Part shown: positions 27,795-37,455 of the stretch, piece by piece
How the letters are laid out: every line of letters starts with the position of its first letter
Numbering within the stretch: the first letter of the stretch is position 1
IMG/VR virus record: IMGVR_UViG_3300016476_000174
Coordinates: 32,001 to 96,000 of that record
Source: a virus
DNA: 64,000 bases
Direction: 5' to 3' (one strand)
Translations under genes and position numbers: made by a program
The notes under the pieces: model-generated
Told to the model about the DNA's origin: nothing
Databases searched by the model: none
The model's input: the letters and a program-made list of their open reading frames with translations, nothing else

Positions 27795-28912
27795 TATACG
27801 GCAGGAGTGGTTGTATCATTAATATCAATGTTACCTACATTAGTAGTTCTATTATAAGTAATCACTGCAATTCTTTGACCTCTAGTAAGGTTAGCTGAAA
27901 CGGCTGGAACTTCTAAATCAGATGATCCAGTTGCTAAACCACCACCATCTCTATAAGCTGTAATTACTTTACTAGAAGATGTTCCTGAGAATGTACCAGT
28001 AGCTGTAGGATTTGTAAAGTTATAAGCAGGATTACCAGCCGATCCTTGTTTAACCATACAACCACCTTTATAAAGAGTAAAACCAATACTTACTGGTTGA
28101 ACACCAACTTCTCCCCACCATATAGCTCTACAATCAATTACTATTTCATTCTGACCTGTAGGTATCTGAGTAAAGTCAATCATTGTAGACTCATAACCTG
28201 TTAATAGGTTATCACTTCCCCAAATAGCTAATGGTTTAATTGCTACGTTACACACATTACCACTTTCTATATAACTAGCAGATTGTGGTGTTCTAGTATA
28301 TTGACCATAGCCAATATACCTAGTAGCTGCATTTTGATCTGCATATGTAGTACCTTCTATAGAAACAATTCTTGTTCTTGTATCTAAATCTCTACCATCA
28401 GAGAACTGATAAGTGACAACCATGTAATCTGCATCAAATGTAAATGATGTTTGACCCACTTCAATAGTCTCACTTTTTGTGCAAGATGTAACAGTATCTG
28501 TCACAGTTACTGTATAACTCACTCCAGCACTAAGTCCTGTAGCTGTCTGCGTTGTTTGTACAGGAGATGTATTCCAACTATAAGTGTAAGTTCCAGATCC
28601 GCCCGTAACAGATGTTACAGTAGCTGTACCATTTGTTCCAGCTTGATTAGTTGGGTTTGTAGTATTAACAACAAGAGCTAGTTCACAAACTTGATCTTCA
28701 AAGCTTACTCTTGTAGAATTACCAAAGCTACAAACAGACTCAATTGTACCTGTATAAGATGTAGCTGTTAATCCTGAAATAACTACTGGACTACTTGTAG
28801 CAGTAGTTGTTTGAATATTAGTAGGATTACTTGTTGGCCAATATCTAACCAGGTATCCTCCAGATGGTGCTGGAGAAGCTGCAGTAAAACTTATAGTTAG
28901 TTCGTTAGCCAT
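27794..28912 (-). CDS. Fn3-like plus SprB-repeat-containing virion protein (372 aa)
   Basis: Fn3-like N-terminus followed by [50 protein letters not shown], matching the SprB repeat pattern. Confidence 0.65.
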   Translation of the reverse strand: MANELTISFTAASPAPSGGYLVRYWPTSNPTNIQTTTATSSPVVISGLTATSYTGTIESVCSFGNSTRVSFEDQVCELALVVNTTNPTNQAGTNGTATVTSVTGGSGTYTYSWNTSPVQTTQTATGLSAGVSYTVTVTDTVTSCTKSETIEVGQTSFTFDADYMVVTYQFSDGRDLDTRTRIVSIEGTTYADQNAATRYIGYGQYTRTPQSASYIESGNVCNVAIKPLAIWGSDNLLTGYESTMIDFTQIPTGQNEIVIDCRAIWWGEVGVQPVSIGFTLYKGGCMVKQGSAGNPAYNFTNPTATGTFSGTSSSKVITAYRDGGGLATGSSDLEVPAVSANLTRGQRIAVITYNRTTNVGNIDINDTTTPAV

Positions 28913-28922
28913 TAATTATATA

Positions 28923-29351
28923 TTATCTTAAACATGCACCAATACGTGTAAACTGACCACCAGATACTGTTCCTTCTATAGCACAGATAGTTTGTGGAGC
29001 TAACGAATTGTTATAAATAGATAATGGTTGAGAACTATCACATGGTGTATATGTATAATCACCACTGCTTAATAGTTCATAGCTTGCACAACTTGTAGCT
29101 ACACCAGTTACACCAAATGTTTCTAACTCATTAAGTTCACCAGTTCCACAATCAGCTAAAATCTTTCCTTCAATACTATAACAAGTAGGAACATTAGGAA
29201 TAGTAATAGGGTTAGTAGTTTTATTAGCTACAGTATTCCAAGTTGTACTACCGACAGCTCTCCATTGAATTGTATAACCATTTGCTGGTAAGATATTACT
29301 AGCAGAAGTATAATTAATTACTAACGTTTTAGTTGTTGAACAAGGTAACAT
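28923..29351 (-). CDS. Fn3-like / Cys-rich virion protein (142 aa)
   Basis: NGYTIQWRAVGSTTW Fn3-like strand and a C-terminal 4-Cys domain resembling that of 33344..33661. Confidence 0.5.
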   Translation of the reverse strand: MLPCSTTKTLVINYTSASNILPANGYTIQWRAVGSTTWNTVANKTTNPITIPNVPTCYSIEGKILADCGTGELNELETFGVTGVATSCASYELLSSGDYTYTPCDSSQPLSIYNNSLAPQTICAIEGTVSGGQFTRIGACLR

Positions 29352-29363
29352 ATATTAATTGGT

Positions 29364-30020
29364 TTATACGATAGTTCCAGTTCCAGATACTTTAACAGGA
29401 GATCCAGTAAATGCTTTAAATGTTTGAGGAGTTCCTTGTACTACAGAAATATTAAATATCTGATGATTAGATCCTGTAGCTTTAATTACAGTTGCACCGC
29501 CAGATAATGCAGTAGTAGGTACAGCAGATGCTACAAAAGTTGTTGTGTTTGTAATAGATAACACTGTACTGCCTGCAGCAAATACTCCAGTTCCAGCTGT
29601 TACTTCTAATGTCATACCTACAGCTAAACCCGTTGTAGATCCAACAGTAATAGCAGCACCACTACTTGTAGCTCCTGCAGTAGAAGTATATACAGGACCA
29701 AGTCCTAAGTAACTTACTACCATTGGAGTAGTTGTAGTAGATGTAGCTGTATAGTTAATCAAAGGAATAGTTGGACTAACTAAACCATTTAAAACTTTAT
29801 GTAGCTTAGTTAATACAGTAAGTAAACGATCACCGTTAACAATACCTAAAGCTGGAAGATTTGGTCCAGCAAATTTTATACAATCTGTATATGCAATCTC
29901 ATCACATGGCTCACCTGCAGGACAAGGAGGTAGACTCACTGTATTTGTAGGAGAGCAATCTGCACAACCATCGTTACAGTTAGACAAAGGAAGAGAAGTA
30001 TCGTTACAACCGCATGACAT
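29364..30020 (-). CDS. Cys-rich virion structural protein (218 aa)
   Basis: N-terminal Cys cluster. The DCIKFAGPNLPALGIVNGDRL motif is shared with 30602..31843 (NCVIWQGPDLSCINLCNGD). Confidence 0.5.
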   Translation of the reverse strand: MSCGCNDTSLPLSNCNDGCADCSPTNTVSLPPCPAGEPCDEIAYTDCIKFAGPNLPALGIVNGDRLLTVLTKLHKVLNGLVSPTIPLINYTATSTTTTPMVVSYLGLGPVYTSTAGATSSGAAITVGSTTGLAVGMTLEVTAGTGVFAAGSTVLSITNTTTFVASAVPTTALSGGATVIKATGSNHQIFNISVVQGTPQTFKAFTGSPVKVSGTGTIV

Positions 30021-30045
30021 ATCTTTAAGTATTTAAATGTTTTAA

Positions 30046-30600
30046 TTAAGTTTCAGGTGCTAAAGTTGCTACTACGTTTGTAGGAATGCTACATACAGGA
30101 GGAGCAGTTGTACTAACACTGTTAAATTCACAATCAGTTTTAGTTATTGATCCAGCTGTTGGTACAACTTTTAATTTATAAGTAGTTGATGCTGTTAATC
30201 CTGTTATTGTACCAGTACGTGTTGTAGTACCTGTAGGAGTAGATGTACCTACTTCTGTTGTACCGGCTGAATTATATAGTTTAACTACGTATGAGTCAAC
30301 ATCACCACCAATTTCTGGAAAACTATAACTAACAGTTGTATCAGTAGAAGTAATTGTAACAGTAGGACACAGTATATTAATCTTAGTGATTACAGCACTA
30401 GGAGCTGGTGTTCCACCAGAACAATTAGTTACTATTCTAAAATTATATAATAAGTTACTGTCAAGACCTGTTACTGTTTCAGTAGTAGCACTACCACCAA
30501 CTGTACTAAATGTTATCCATGTACTAGAGGTGCTCAGTTTATACTGAACATTCTGTGTAGTAGCCCCCGGACCAATAGACCAAGATAACGTTGCGTTCAT
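30046..30600 (-). CDS. Tandem fibronectin type III domain protein (184 aa)
   Basis: Two Fn3-like repeats ending in VTGLDSNLLYNFRI and ITGLTASTTYKLKV. Confidence 0.7.
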   Translation of the reverse strand: MNATLSWSIGPGATTQNVQYKLSTSSTWITFSTVGGSATTETVTGLDSNLLYNFRIVTNCSGGTPAPSAVITKINILCPTVTITSTDTTVSYSFPEIGGDVDSYVVKLYNSAGTTEVGTSTPTGTTTRTGTITGLTASTTYKLKVVPTAGSITKTDCEFNSVSTTAPPVCSIPTNVVATLAPET

Positions 30601-30601
30601 A

Positions 30602-31843
30602 TTATTCTAATGTTGCACTTACAGATGTAATGATAGGACATGGTACTGGTACATCAAATGTAGCCACTTTAGAACATGTATTACCACTCTTGCTTACACA
30701 GCCTTCAACTGTTACAGTGTAGTTTTGACTAGCATTCAACGCTGCACCAGATACTGTAAATGTTACACCATCTGTATCAGTTTGAGCTGCTACTAAATCT
30801 ACATATCCTGTAAAGATGTGACCAGAAGTATCTTTAATTGTAACTTTAGATCCTTGAGCATTACAGTTTGCAAAACCTGCAGGAACCACTGTACTACCAG
30901 AGAAGAATAATGTAACTTGTGTACGAGCTTCATTAGCTGCTGCACTAAATCCAAGAAGGAATGCAGAACAGTCAGTTGTACCAGCAGCATTTTTAAGATC
31001 ATAAATAGCTGATCTCATATCACATAATACAACCCATAAGTTTTTAATAGCCCCAGCTACTGTACCAGATAGAGCATCTCCTGTAGAAGGAACCCATCCT
31101 GTTAAACCACTCACATAGCCTGGTTGACTAAGAGCGTTTTGTGTAGCTAAGTTTTGACATTGTTGACCAACAGCTGCAGTTAAACCAGCGTTAGTTCCAA
31201 GTACACTTCTTAAATTACAATACTGTGCTTCTAACTCATCTAATACTAAATTCATAGCAGTAGGTGTTGAAGGAAGAATACAGTTAGGAGTCACTGTAGG
31301 TAGAGTTACACTAGGTGCATTCTCTAAAGCAGTAATTCTTGTATTATATGTAGCCAATGTAGTTGTATGACCATCTACAGTAGCTTTAAGAGTACAGTAT
31401 TGATTACCTAATCTTAAAGTGTATTGATTATGAACAAGTTGTGTAATAGTCTGACCAGTTGCTGGATCAGTATATTGTAAACAAGTTGGTAAAAGTAAGT
31501 TAGGTTCAGTATAAGAATTACCTCCGTTAGGTAAGTTTTCAATTGTTGTATTTAAACAACACACCTTTTCTATAATAAAATCCAACACTGCTGACAGGGT
31601 CTTATTAGTAGGGGCAGGATTTGTTGCCGAGCAAAATGAAACTAGACAAGATAAGTCTAAAGTAGATAAGTCTAAGGCTGACTGTATTGTACATAGCTGT
31701 GTTGCAAGCTTATATACTACATCAGAAACAGCATCACCGTTGCAGAGGTTAATGCAAGATAGATCCGGTCCTTGCCAAATTACACAATTTGAGGATACCG
31801 GAGAACAACCCTTATCAGCAGTATTGGATTTTGTAGGTAGCAT
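30602..31843 (-). CDS. Cys-rich coiled-coil fibre/structural protein (413 aa)
   Basis: Many Cys residues, coiled-coil segments (YNTRITALEN) and a beta-rich C-terminal domain. Confidence 0.5.
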   Translation of the reverse strand: MLPTKSNTADKGCSPVSSNCVIWQGPDLSCINLCNGDAVSDVVYKLATQLCTIQSALDLSTLDLSCLVSFCSATNPAPTNKTLSAVLDFIIEKVCCLNTTIENLPNGGNSYTEPNLLLPTCLQYTDPATGQTITQLVHNQYTLRLGNQYCTLKATVDGHTTTLATYNTRITALENAPSVTLPTVTPNCILPSTPTAMNLVLDELEAQYCNLRSVLGTNAGLTAAVGQQCQNLATQNALSQPGYVSGLTGWVPSTGDALSGTVAGAIKNLWVVLCDMRSAIYDLKNAAGTTDCSAFLLGFSAAANEARTQVTLFFSGSTVVPAGFANCNAQGSKVTIKDTSGHIFTGYVDLVAAQTDTDGVTFTVSGAALNASQNYTVTVEGCVSKSGNTCSKVATFDVPVPCPIITSVSATLE

Positions 31844-31867
31844 ATAATATTGGGTATCAATAAGTTA

Positions 31868-32374
31868 TTAACAATCAACTACGTTGTCTGCACCAAACAG
31901 ACCTTCTAATTTAGTTTTAAGATGTGCATAACCAAATGCAAAAACATCTACACCTTCTGCAGAAGATAAATCAGGAACAACTTTTGTAACTGTCTCTTGC
32001 ACATCTTGCTCCTGCATTTCTACACGAGTTCTTGTAACTGTAGTAGTAGTTGTATTTCCTTCAGTATCTGGAGCACTAGTTACATCTTCTGTATATTCTA
32101 CTTCTACAGGAACCATACGTTGTACTGTAGTAGTTTCTTCTACTTCTTTAGTTAAAGCTACATACAAACTCTCACCAATTTGTTGGTTGCGAGCTGTACC
32201 ACTGCCCATTCCTGGGTAAGTACCAATAGGAGCAGCATCATCTTGAGATTGAAAAAGCTCAATTCTAAAGCTAGCAGATCCATATTTTGAAATCTGATAG
32301 TCAGAAATACGTACATATGCCTCAGAGGTGATACCTTTATCGGTTCCTATCTGGGTTGTGATTTTAAGTGCCAT
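31868..32374 (-). CDS. Tail-fibre-associated hypothetical protein (168 aa)
   Basis: GITSEAYVRI..AFGYAHLK..DC pattern seen in small proteins next to fibre genes. First gene after a promoter motif. Confidence 0.45.
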   Translation of the reverse strand: MALKITTQIGTDKGITSEAYVRISDYQISKYGSASFRIELFQSQDDAAPIGTYPGMGSGTARNQQIGESLYVALTKEVEETTTVQRMVPVEVEYTEDVTSAPDTEGNTTTTTVTRTRVEMQEQDVQETVTKVVPDLSSAEGVDVFAFGYAHLKTKLEGLFGADNVVDC

Positions 32375-32402
32375 ATAACAATATGTTTAGATTTTAAGTA
32401 GT

Positions 32403-32418
32403 CTACAATATAATATAC
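32403..32418 (-). promoter_or_regulatory. Putative phage late promoter GTATATTATATTGTAG
   Basis: Copy of the recurring motif, about 20 nt downstream of a terminator. Confidence 0.6.
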
Positions 32419-32438
32419 ATTATTTTTATGGAAATAAC

Positions 32439-32464
32439 AAAAAAACCACCCCCATAGGAGGTGG
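32439..32464 (-). terminator. Rho-independent terminator
   Basis: Minus strand CCACCTCC-TAT-GGGGGTGG followed by TTTTTTT. Confidence 0.75.
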
Positions 32465-32495
32465 CCTTTTTACCTATATGAAAGAAAGCAGGGAT

Positions 32496-33008
32496 TTAGT
32501 TCAAAGGAACAACTTTAGTTTCTTCAATCTTAATAAGCTTAAAGAATGTCCCATAGTTTTCTGAGGTTTCAACCTTCTCAAAATCTTCAAGAGAGAAAGC
32601 TTTATACTCAAGTTCTTTTTCAGTTTGAAGCAAAGTATTAAACTCTTTTTCAAATTCTTGATAAGCTGGATTAATAGTTTTCTTAGTAAACCAGTTACCG
32701 TCCTTATCTAAGTCTTTGATAGGTTGACCTTCTTCGTCTAACTCATCAATAACCATAGGAATAGAGATACCACCCTTGTCATCTTCTGTACCAAACTTCT
32801 TGATAAGGTCATTCTTTAATTCTTCAACAGTAGCTTTTTCAGCTGCTACTTTCTTACCAAGTTCTGTTAGCCAGTACTTAGTTACTAAAGATAATTTCTC
32901 CTGGATTAAACCAGAAGCAATCTTTTCACCAGTTTGTTGGTTGGTTAAACCGTTAAGTTCTGCATCTAGATTGTAGAACTCAAACAACTTAAGAGAAATT
33001 TTTTCCAT
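32496..33008 (-). CDS. Acidic helical phage protein (DUF1617-like), 170 aa
   Basis: LSLVTKYWLTELGKKV..KNDLIKKFG..EFNTLL pattern. Family assignment is from memory only. Confidence 0.4.
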   Translation of the reverse strand: MEKISLKLFEFYNLDAELNGLTNQQTGEKIASGLIQEKLSLVTKYWLTELGKKVAAEKATVEELKNDLIKKFGTEDDKGGISIPMVIDELDEEGQPIKDLDKDGNWFTKKTINPAYQEFEKEFNTLLQTEKELEYKAFSLEDFEKVETSENYGTFFKLIKIEETKVVPLN

Positions 33009-33046
33009 GTGTTTTAAAAATTTTAGATTAATCTGTTACGAATATA

Positions 33047-33054
33047 CAAAGATA
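33047..33054 (-). promoter_or_regulatory. Possible Bacteroidota housekeeping-sigma -7 element (TATCTTTG)
   Basis: Matches TAnnTTTG in the intergenic gap upstream of 33008. No well-spaced -33 element seen. Confidence 0.3.
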
Positions 33055-33096
33055 TACAAGTAACATGCCAATAAAGTTATCCACAAATGTTAATGA

Positions 33097-33327
33097 CTAG
33101 TTGGCAGATAGATAAGATAACACACTAGCTTTGACAGTGTTATACTCTTCTTCTGTAATTTCAGTCCAGTTATCTCTAATTCTAGCTGCATGTAAAGTAT
33201 CTACAGCAGGAGAAGCTCCACCATAAATAATAGCTTTTTGACTAACAGAATTATTTACTTGAAGAAAAAAAGTTTTTTCAGAATCTAATTTAAAGTAAGA
33301 ATCATGAATTTTGTAATAAGATATCAT
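33097..33327 (-). CDS. Hypothetical protein (76 aa), possible fibre-assembly factor
   Basis: Co-oriented ORF ending the fibre operon, with C-terminal WTEITEEEYN. Confidence 0.5.
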   Translation of the reverse strand: MISYYKIHDSYFKLDSEKTFFLQVNNSVSQKAIIYGGASPAVDTLHAARIRDNWTEITEEEYNTVKASVLSYLSAN

Positions 33328-33343
33328 AGATGTAATATTAAAA

Positions 33344-33661
33344 TTATACTAAGCAACTGTTTCCTGAATTATATAATGCACCACTTATTGCAGATTGTGC
33401 ACAAACTCCTCCGCCATACCAAAAATATTGTGTACTCCAGTTACCACTACAATCGTAGTAATCAAAGTATCCATCATAAGAAGCATAGAAGTAATAACAA
33501 GTAGGTGGCGTATAACTACTATACCCATAGAACTCACTCATGTTATGTGCAGCTGTAAAACCAACAGCTTGGCTAAGAGTAGCTAAACTATTACTATCAA
33601 CTGCAGTAACTTCTGCATTTATCTGACTAATACTTATAGCACCTGAAGATTGTAAAGCCAT
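33344..33661 (-). CDS. Small tail-fibre tip/adhesin-like protein (105 aa)
   Basis: N-terminal MALQSSGAISISQINAE..MSEFYG motif typical of small proteins following S74-chaperone fibres, then a Tyr/Cys-rich C-terminal domain. Confidence 0.55.
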   Translation of the reverse strand: MALQSSGAISISQINAEVTAVDSNSLATLSQAVGFTAAHNMSEFYGYSSYTPPTCYYFYASYDGYFDYYDCSGNWSTQYFWYGGGVCAQSAISGALYNSGNSCLV

Positions 33662-33684
33662 ATTGTAAATATATTAATTATTAT

Positions 33685-35199
33685 TTAAACTTGACCACCG
33701 CCACCACCAAAACAACACGTTTCACTATTATACTGTTGAACTTCAGCATAATAAGTTCCTCCACTTCCATCAGCTCTTACAGCTGTTAAATCACAACCTA
33801 CACATTCACTATATAAAAAAGTACCGTAAGCCGGATAAGAAGATCCACCACCACCCGAGTAATAGTAGGCTTTTCTATAAATCTTTGTCCATATACGAAC
33901 AGCAGCTGCTTTTGGACTAAATGAAACACCACCGTTAATACTATAATTAAATTGACCTGCATTGTACAAAGGCATTGATATATAATTATTAGTTATACCT
34001 GAAGTAGTAACATCACCACCTGCTATACCAATACAGCCACTATATCCATCAGTTGATGAAAATGTACTTCCATAATTAGATGATGTTATAATTCTAGCTG
34101 GTGTTGAGTTAGAATCCATACCTTCAAAATTAACTGTTGCGTTAGTTGCACCAACCATTGTTTGTCCATTATCTGAAATTGTAGCAGAAACAAATCCAGA
34201 GTTTTGAGCTCCTCCTAAATAATAAGCAGTAGTGTTTGAATATTTTTGTGACCATGTTGATCCATAGTTATTACTAACAAAAGCTTTTATTCCTCTTGTG
34301 CCAAAAGTTCCTGGCTCAACCCAATCTGAAGTTATAAACTGATTTTGTCCAGTATAGTCTAAAGCAATATCTAAAAATGCTGCATATTCACTAGTTCCAC
34401 TTTTTGTCCAAGTAGCTCCATAATTATTAGAGTATAATCTAAAAGACCAAGGACGTGGAACATTAACTGCTCCTGGATCTACTCTATATGAAAATACAGC
34501 TGTCATATACTGACCATTACCAGACACAGATACTTTTCCTGATATGTTATACAAAACAAGACCAGAGCCATCTGTATAAGAACCAGCTCCAAAACTTGCA
34601 CCAAAATCATTTGACGTTGCAATACGGGCATTTCTAAGAGTATTAAGTCCTGAATTAGAACTAGTACTTACACCTGAAACACATATATACTGACCATTTT
34701 TAGACATTGAAACACCTGTTGGATAAAATCCAATTAGTATAAAACTTAATGTCACAGCTGAAAAAGAAGCACCACCATTATTAGATATATATACTAAATT
34801 ATTTTGTATCTCAGATATTAAAGCAATGTATGTACCAGTACTATCGCCAGCTATACCTGTCCAGTCTAAATCAAAACCTGGTGAACCAGAAAGTGCAGAC
34901 CATGTGCTACCACCATCAATTGATTTGTAAGCATAATTAGCTGCTACACCATACATTAAATATGGTGTAACTGTAGTAATTCCTGATAAGTCTTGTTTAG
35001 TAACTAATTGATTAGAGCTTTTAGCAGCATATGATGGAAGAGATGTATCAATATTTATATAAGTATTAGCTTCACTTTTAGTAACCTGTTTTGTACCACT
35101 AGGAATACTAGTTTTAGCTGTAAACACTCCTTGTGATACACCACTTTGTAAATTATTAAAACTAATAGTCTGATTTTGATTAAGGTCACTGTAGGCCAT
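33685..35199 (-). CDS. BNR/Asp-box beta-propeller protein, putative receptor-binding adhesin (about 504 aa, start re-called at 35199)
   Basis: Repeats SIDGGSTW, SNNGGASF, SNDFGASF, SNNYGATW, SNNYGSTW, SSNYGSTF, SINGGVSF. The ATG at 35199 (MAYSDL) gives a smaller overlap than the track start at 35229. Confidence 0.7.
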   Translation of the reverse strand: MAYSDLNQNQTISFNNLQSGVSQGVFTAKTSIPSGTKQVTKSEANTYINIDTSLPSYAAKSSNQLVTKQDLSGITTVTPYLMYGVAANYAYKSIDGGSTWSALSGSPGFDLDWTGIAGDSTGTYIALISEIQNNLVYISNNGGASFSAVTLSFILIGFYPTGVSMSKNGQYICVSGVSTSSNSGLNTLRNARIATSNDFGASFGAGSYTDGSGLVLYNISGKVSVSGNGQYMTAVFSYRVDPGAVNVPRPWSFRLYSNNYGATWTKSGTSEYAAFLDIALDYTGQNQFITSDWVEPGTFGTRGIKAFVSNNYGSTWSQKYSNTTAYYLGGAQNSGFVSATISDNGQTMVGATNATVNFEGMDSNSTPARIITSSNYGSTFSSTDGYSGCIGIAGGDVTTSGITNNYISMPLYNAGQFNYSINGGVSFSPKAAAVRIWTKIYRKAYYYSGGGGSSYPAYGTFLYSECVGCDLTAVRADGSGGTYYAEVQQYNSETCCFGGGGGQV

Positions 35200-37447
35200 T
35201 ATTGTATAATTTAGCTTCAAGTTCTGCAATACGTTTTTCTAAAGCAGCTATCTTTAATGTATGAACATCAGAATAGTTAACTGTCATTTCATCTCTAGTT
35301 CCTCCTATTAAGTCTTCTGATAAAGATTTAACCTGTTGAGCAGAGTAACCATATCTAATTACACTACTTCCTTTTCTTGTAAACTTAATTACATCAAGCC
35401 CATCTAAAGATAAATTAGGATTAATTTCAATTACATTCTTATATCTAATATCTGAAGATTCATAAAAAGCATTAGCTGTAAGATTTCCTGATGAGTCAAG
35501 TGTCATTAAAATAACACTTGCCCCACTATTATACCATCTGTAGTTTAATGACTGCATAGCCATACCTACAGATGCCATATCTACAATCTCTGGAGTACCA
35601 TTACCAGACAATATATTATTACCGTTAAATCTATATTTAGCTACTCTTAAGCTATCACTTGTTATATAAACAGATTCTGTATTACCAGCTACTAGTGTTA
35701 ATTCTCCAGAGCCAAAATTTCCAACTAAAGCTCTGTATCCTGTAGTAGGATACATGCGTATTGATGCTACATTACTTGCACCAACTGCTTCAATTTGAAG
35801 ATATGGTTCTGTAGATACTAAATGCAATGCTAAATTAGTAGAACTACGAGAGTCAATAGTTAATCTACCACTCATACTATCACCAGTTCTTACAACCCAT
35901 CCACCATAGTTTCCTAGATCATTACTAAACTGACTAAGAGCTGTAGGTCTTCCACTAACATTTGTCCATGCTACTGATCCAGTACTATCAGAATAACCAA
36001 CTCTTGCTTCAGCATGGAATGTATCACCACTATATCCTCTTATAAACCAATGTGAACCAGTCCAATGTGTTTGTACAGAATAATCAGAATCATCATCTCT
36101 TCTATACAAACGTGTTACACCACGAGAGTTTCTAGAATCAGTATTAAGTGAAGTATTATAAGTTGTAAGTACAGCACCAGCTAATGATGTAAGATATCCA
36201 GGTCCGTTAGATAACTGATTTAAGTTAGTAAGATTACCAACATGCCATATAGTGTTACCATTTACCTTAGCACCATCTCCACTAGGAACAGATATATTAA
36301 ACCAATCATCTGCATCATTAGTAAGATATACTTCTAAAGACATAGCTTCACCAGAACGAGCTATTAATCTCATACCTGCTGTATCACCACTTCCTCCAAA
36401 TACATCATTAGGAAACTTAAGTCCATTAGTTGCACCTTCTTTTAAAGTGATTGCTCCTGTCATAACTCCACCAGCTAGTGGTAATCCACCAAGCCCTGCC
36501 AAAGTATATACAGGTAATGTCTGCCAAGTCTTATCTCCACGCCAATACTGAGCAGTAGTTCCTGCAGTAATTGGGGCTTCATAGTTTGTAGATACAGATA
36601 TAACACCTGATGTTATTGTAACACCTGATCCAATCTTTACACCTCCTAATACAGTATCTGTAGCTACTGGTAAAGTGTATGTATTAGCTCCAGATATTAC
36701 TCCACTACCATTAATAGTAATTGTTGTACCATCAACTTTAACACCACCTAAAACTGTTGTACTAGCTGTAGGTAAAGAATAAGTTGGAAGATTCTGCCAT
36801 GTTTTATCCCCTCTCCAATACTGTGATGTAGTACCAGCAGCAATACTTGGTTCTTTACTGTCTAATGCAGTCTGTAATCCAGCTATGTTTGATATAATAT
36901 GAGTATGACCAATAACAGAAAATAAAGCATCAGCTTCTACTTTAGTATAATATAATACTTTTTGAGCTGCCCATACAGGATCTGTTTCTATAGCAATAGG
37001 TGTATAAGTAAGAGCTGTAGTTACATCAAGAGCTGTAAGTGTCACTGCACCTGTGCGGGTATTAAAACTACTTACACCATTAAATTCATTTTGATACTGA
37101 GGTACGTTAAGCACACCAGTAACAGCATTATATGTAGCAGGACCCGTACTTCCAACAGTAGTTAGTGATATAGAAGCTCTAGCTCTAGCATTACTAAAAT
37201 ATAGATTGGTTTCTTCTTTAACCATATCTGTATTATAATCTCCTGGCTGAGCTGTAATAGCACCTTGTCTACCAAATACAGAAGTAACATCTGTATTACT
37301 AATAAGCTGACTAGTAGCCACTCTAGAAATCATCCCACCTACACCTGCTACTAATACATGTGTAGGTGTATTAAGAGTAATAGGATAGTTACCTACAGAT
37401 ACACCTGCAGGAAAATATATATTGCCGTATGAGTCAGTATTAAACAA
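35186..37447 (-). CDS. Tail fibre with C-terminal peptidase S74-like intramolecular chaperone (753 aa, TTG start)
   Basis: Fibre repeats (VSSFNTRTGAV, YTLPVAT..LGGVK, QYWRGDKTWQ) and C-terminal SSDIRYK..GYSAQQV..VNYSD..IAELE. Confidence 0.8.
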   Translation of the reverse strand: MFNTDSYGNIYFPAGVSVGNYPITLNTPTHVLVAGVGGMISRVATSQLISNTDVTSVFGRQGAITAQPGDYNTDMVKEETNLYFSNARARASISLTTVGSTGPATYNAVTGVLNVPQYQNEFNGVSSFNTRTGAVTLTALDVTTALTYTPIAIETDPVWAAQKVLYYTKVEADALFSVIGHTHIISNIAGLQTALDSKEPSIAAGTTSQYWRGDKTWQNLPTYSLPTASTTVLGGVKVDGTTITINGSGVISGANTYTLPVATDTVLGGVKIGSGVTITSGVISVSTNYEAPITAGTTAQYWRGDKTWQTLPVYTLAGLGGLPLAGGVMTGAITLKEGATNGLKFPNDVFGGSGDTAGMRLIARSGEAMSLEVYLTNDADDWFNISVPSGDGAKVNGNTIWHVGNLTNLNQLSNGPGYLTSLAGAVLTTYNTSLNTDSRNSRGVTRLYRRDDDSDYSVQTHWTGSHWFIRGYSGDTFHAEARVGYSDSTGSVAWTNVSGRPTALSQFSNDLGNYGGWVVRTGDSMSGRLTIDSRSSTNLALHLVSTEPYLQIEAVGASNVASIRMYPTTGYRALVGNFGSGELTLVAGNTESVYITSDSLRVAKYRFNGNNILSGNGTPEIVDMASVGMAMQSLNYRWYNSGASVILMTLDSSGNLTANAFYESSDIRYKNVIEINPNLSLDGLDVIKFTRKGSSVIRYGYSAQQVKSLSEDLIGGTRDEMTVNYSDVHTLKIAALEKRIAELEAKLYNNGLQ

Positions 37448-37455
37448 AGCTTATA

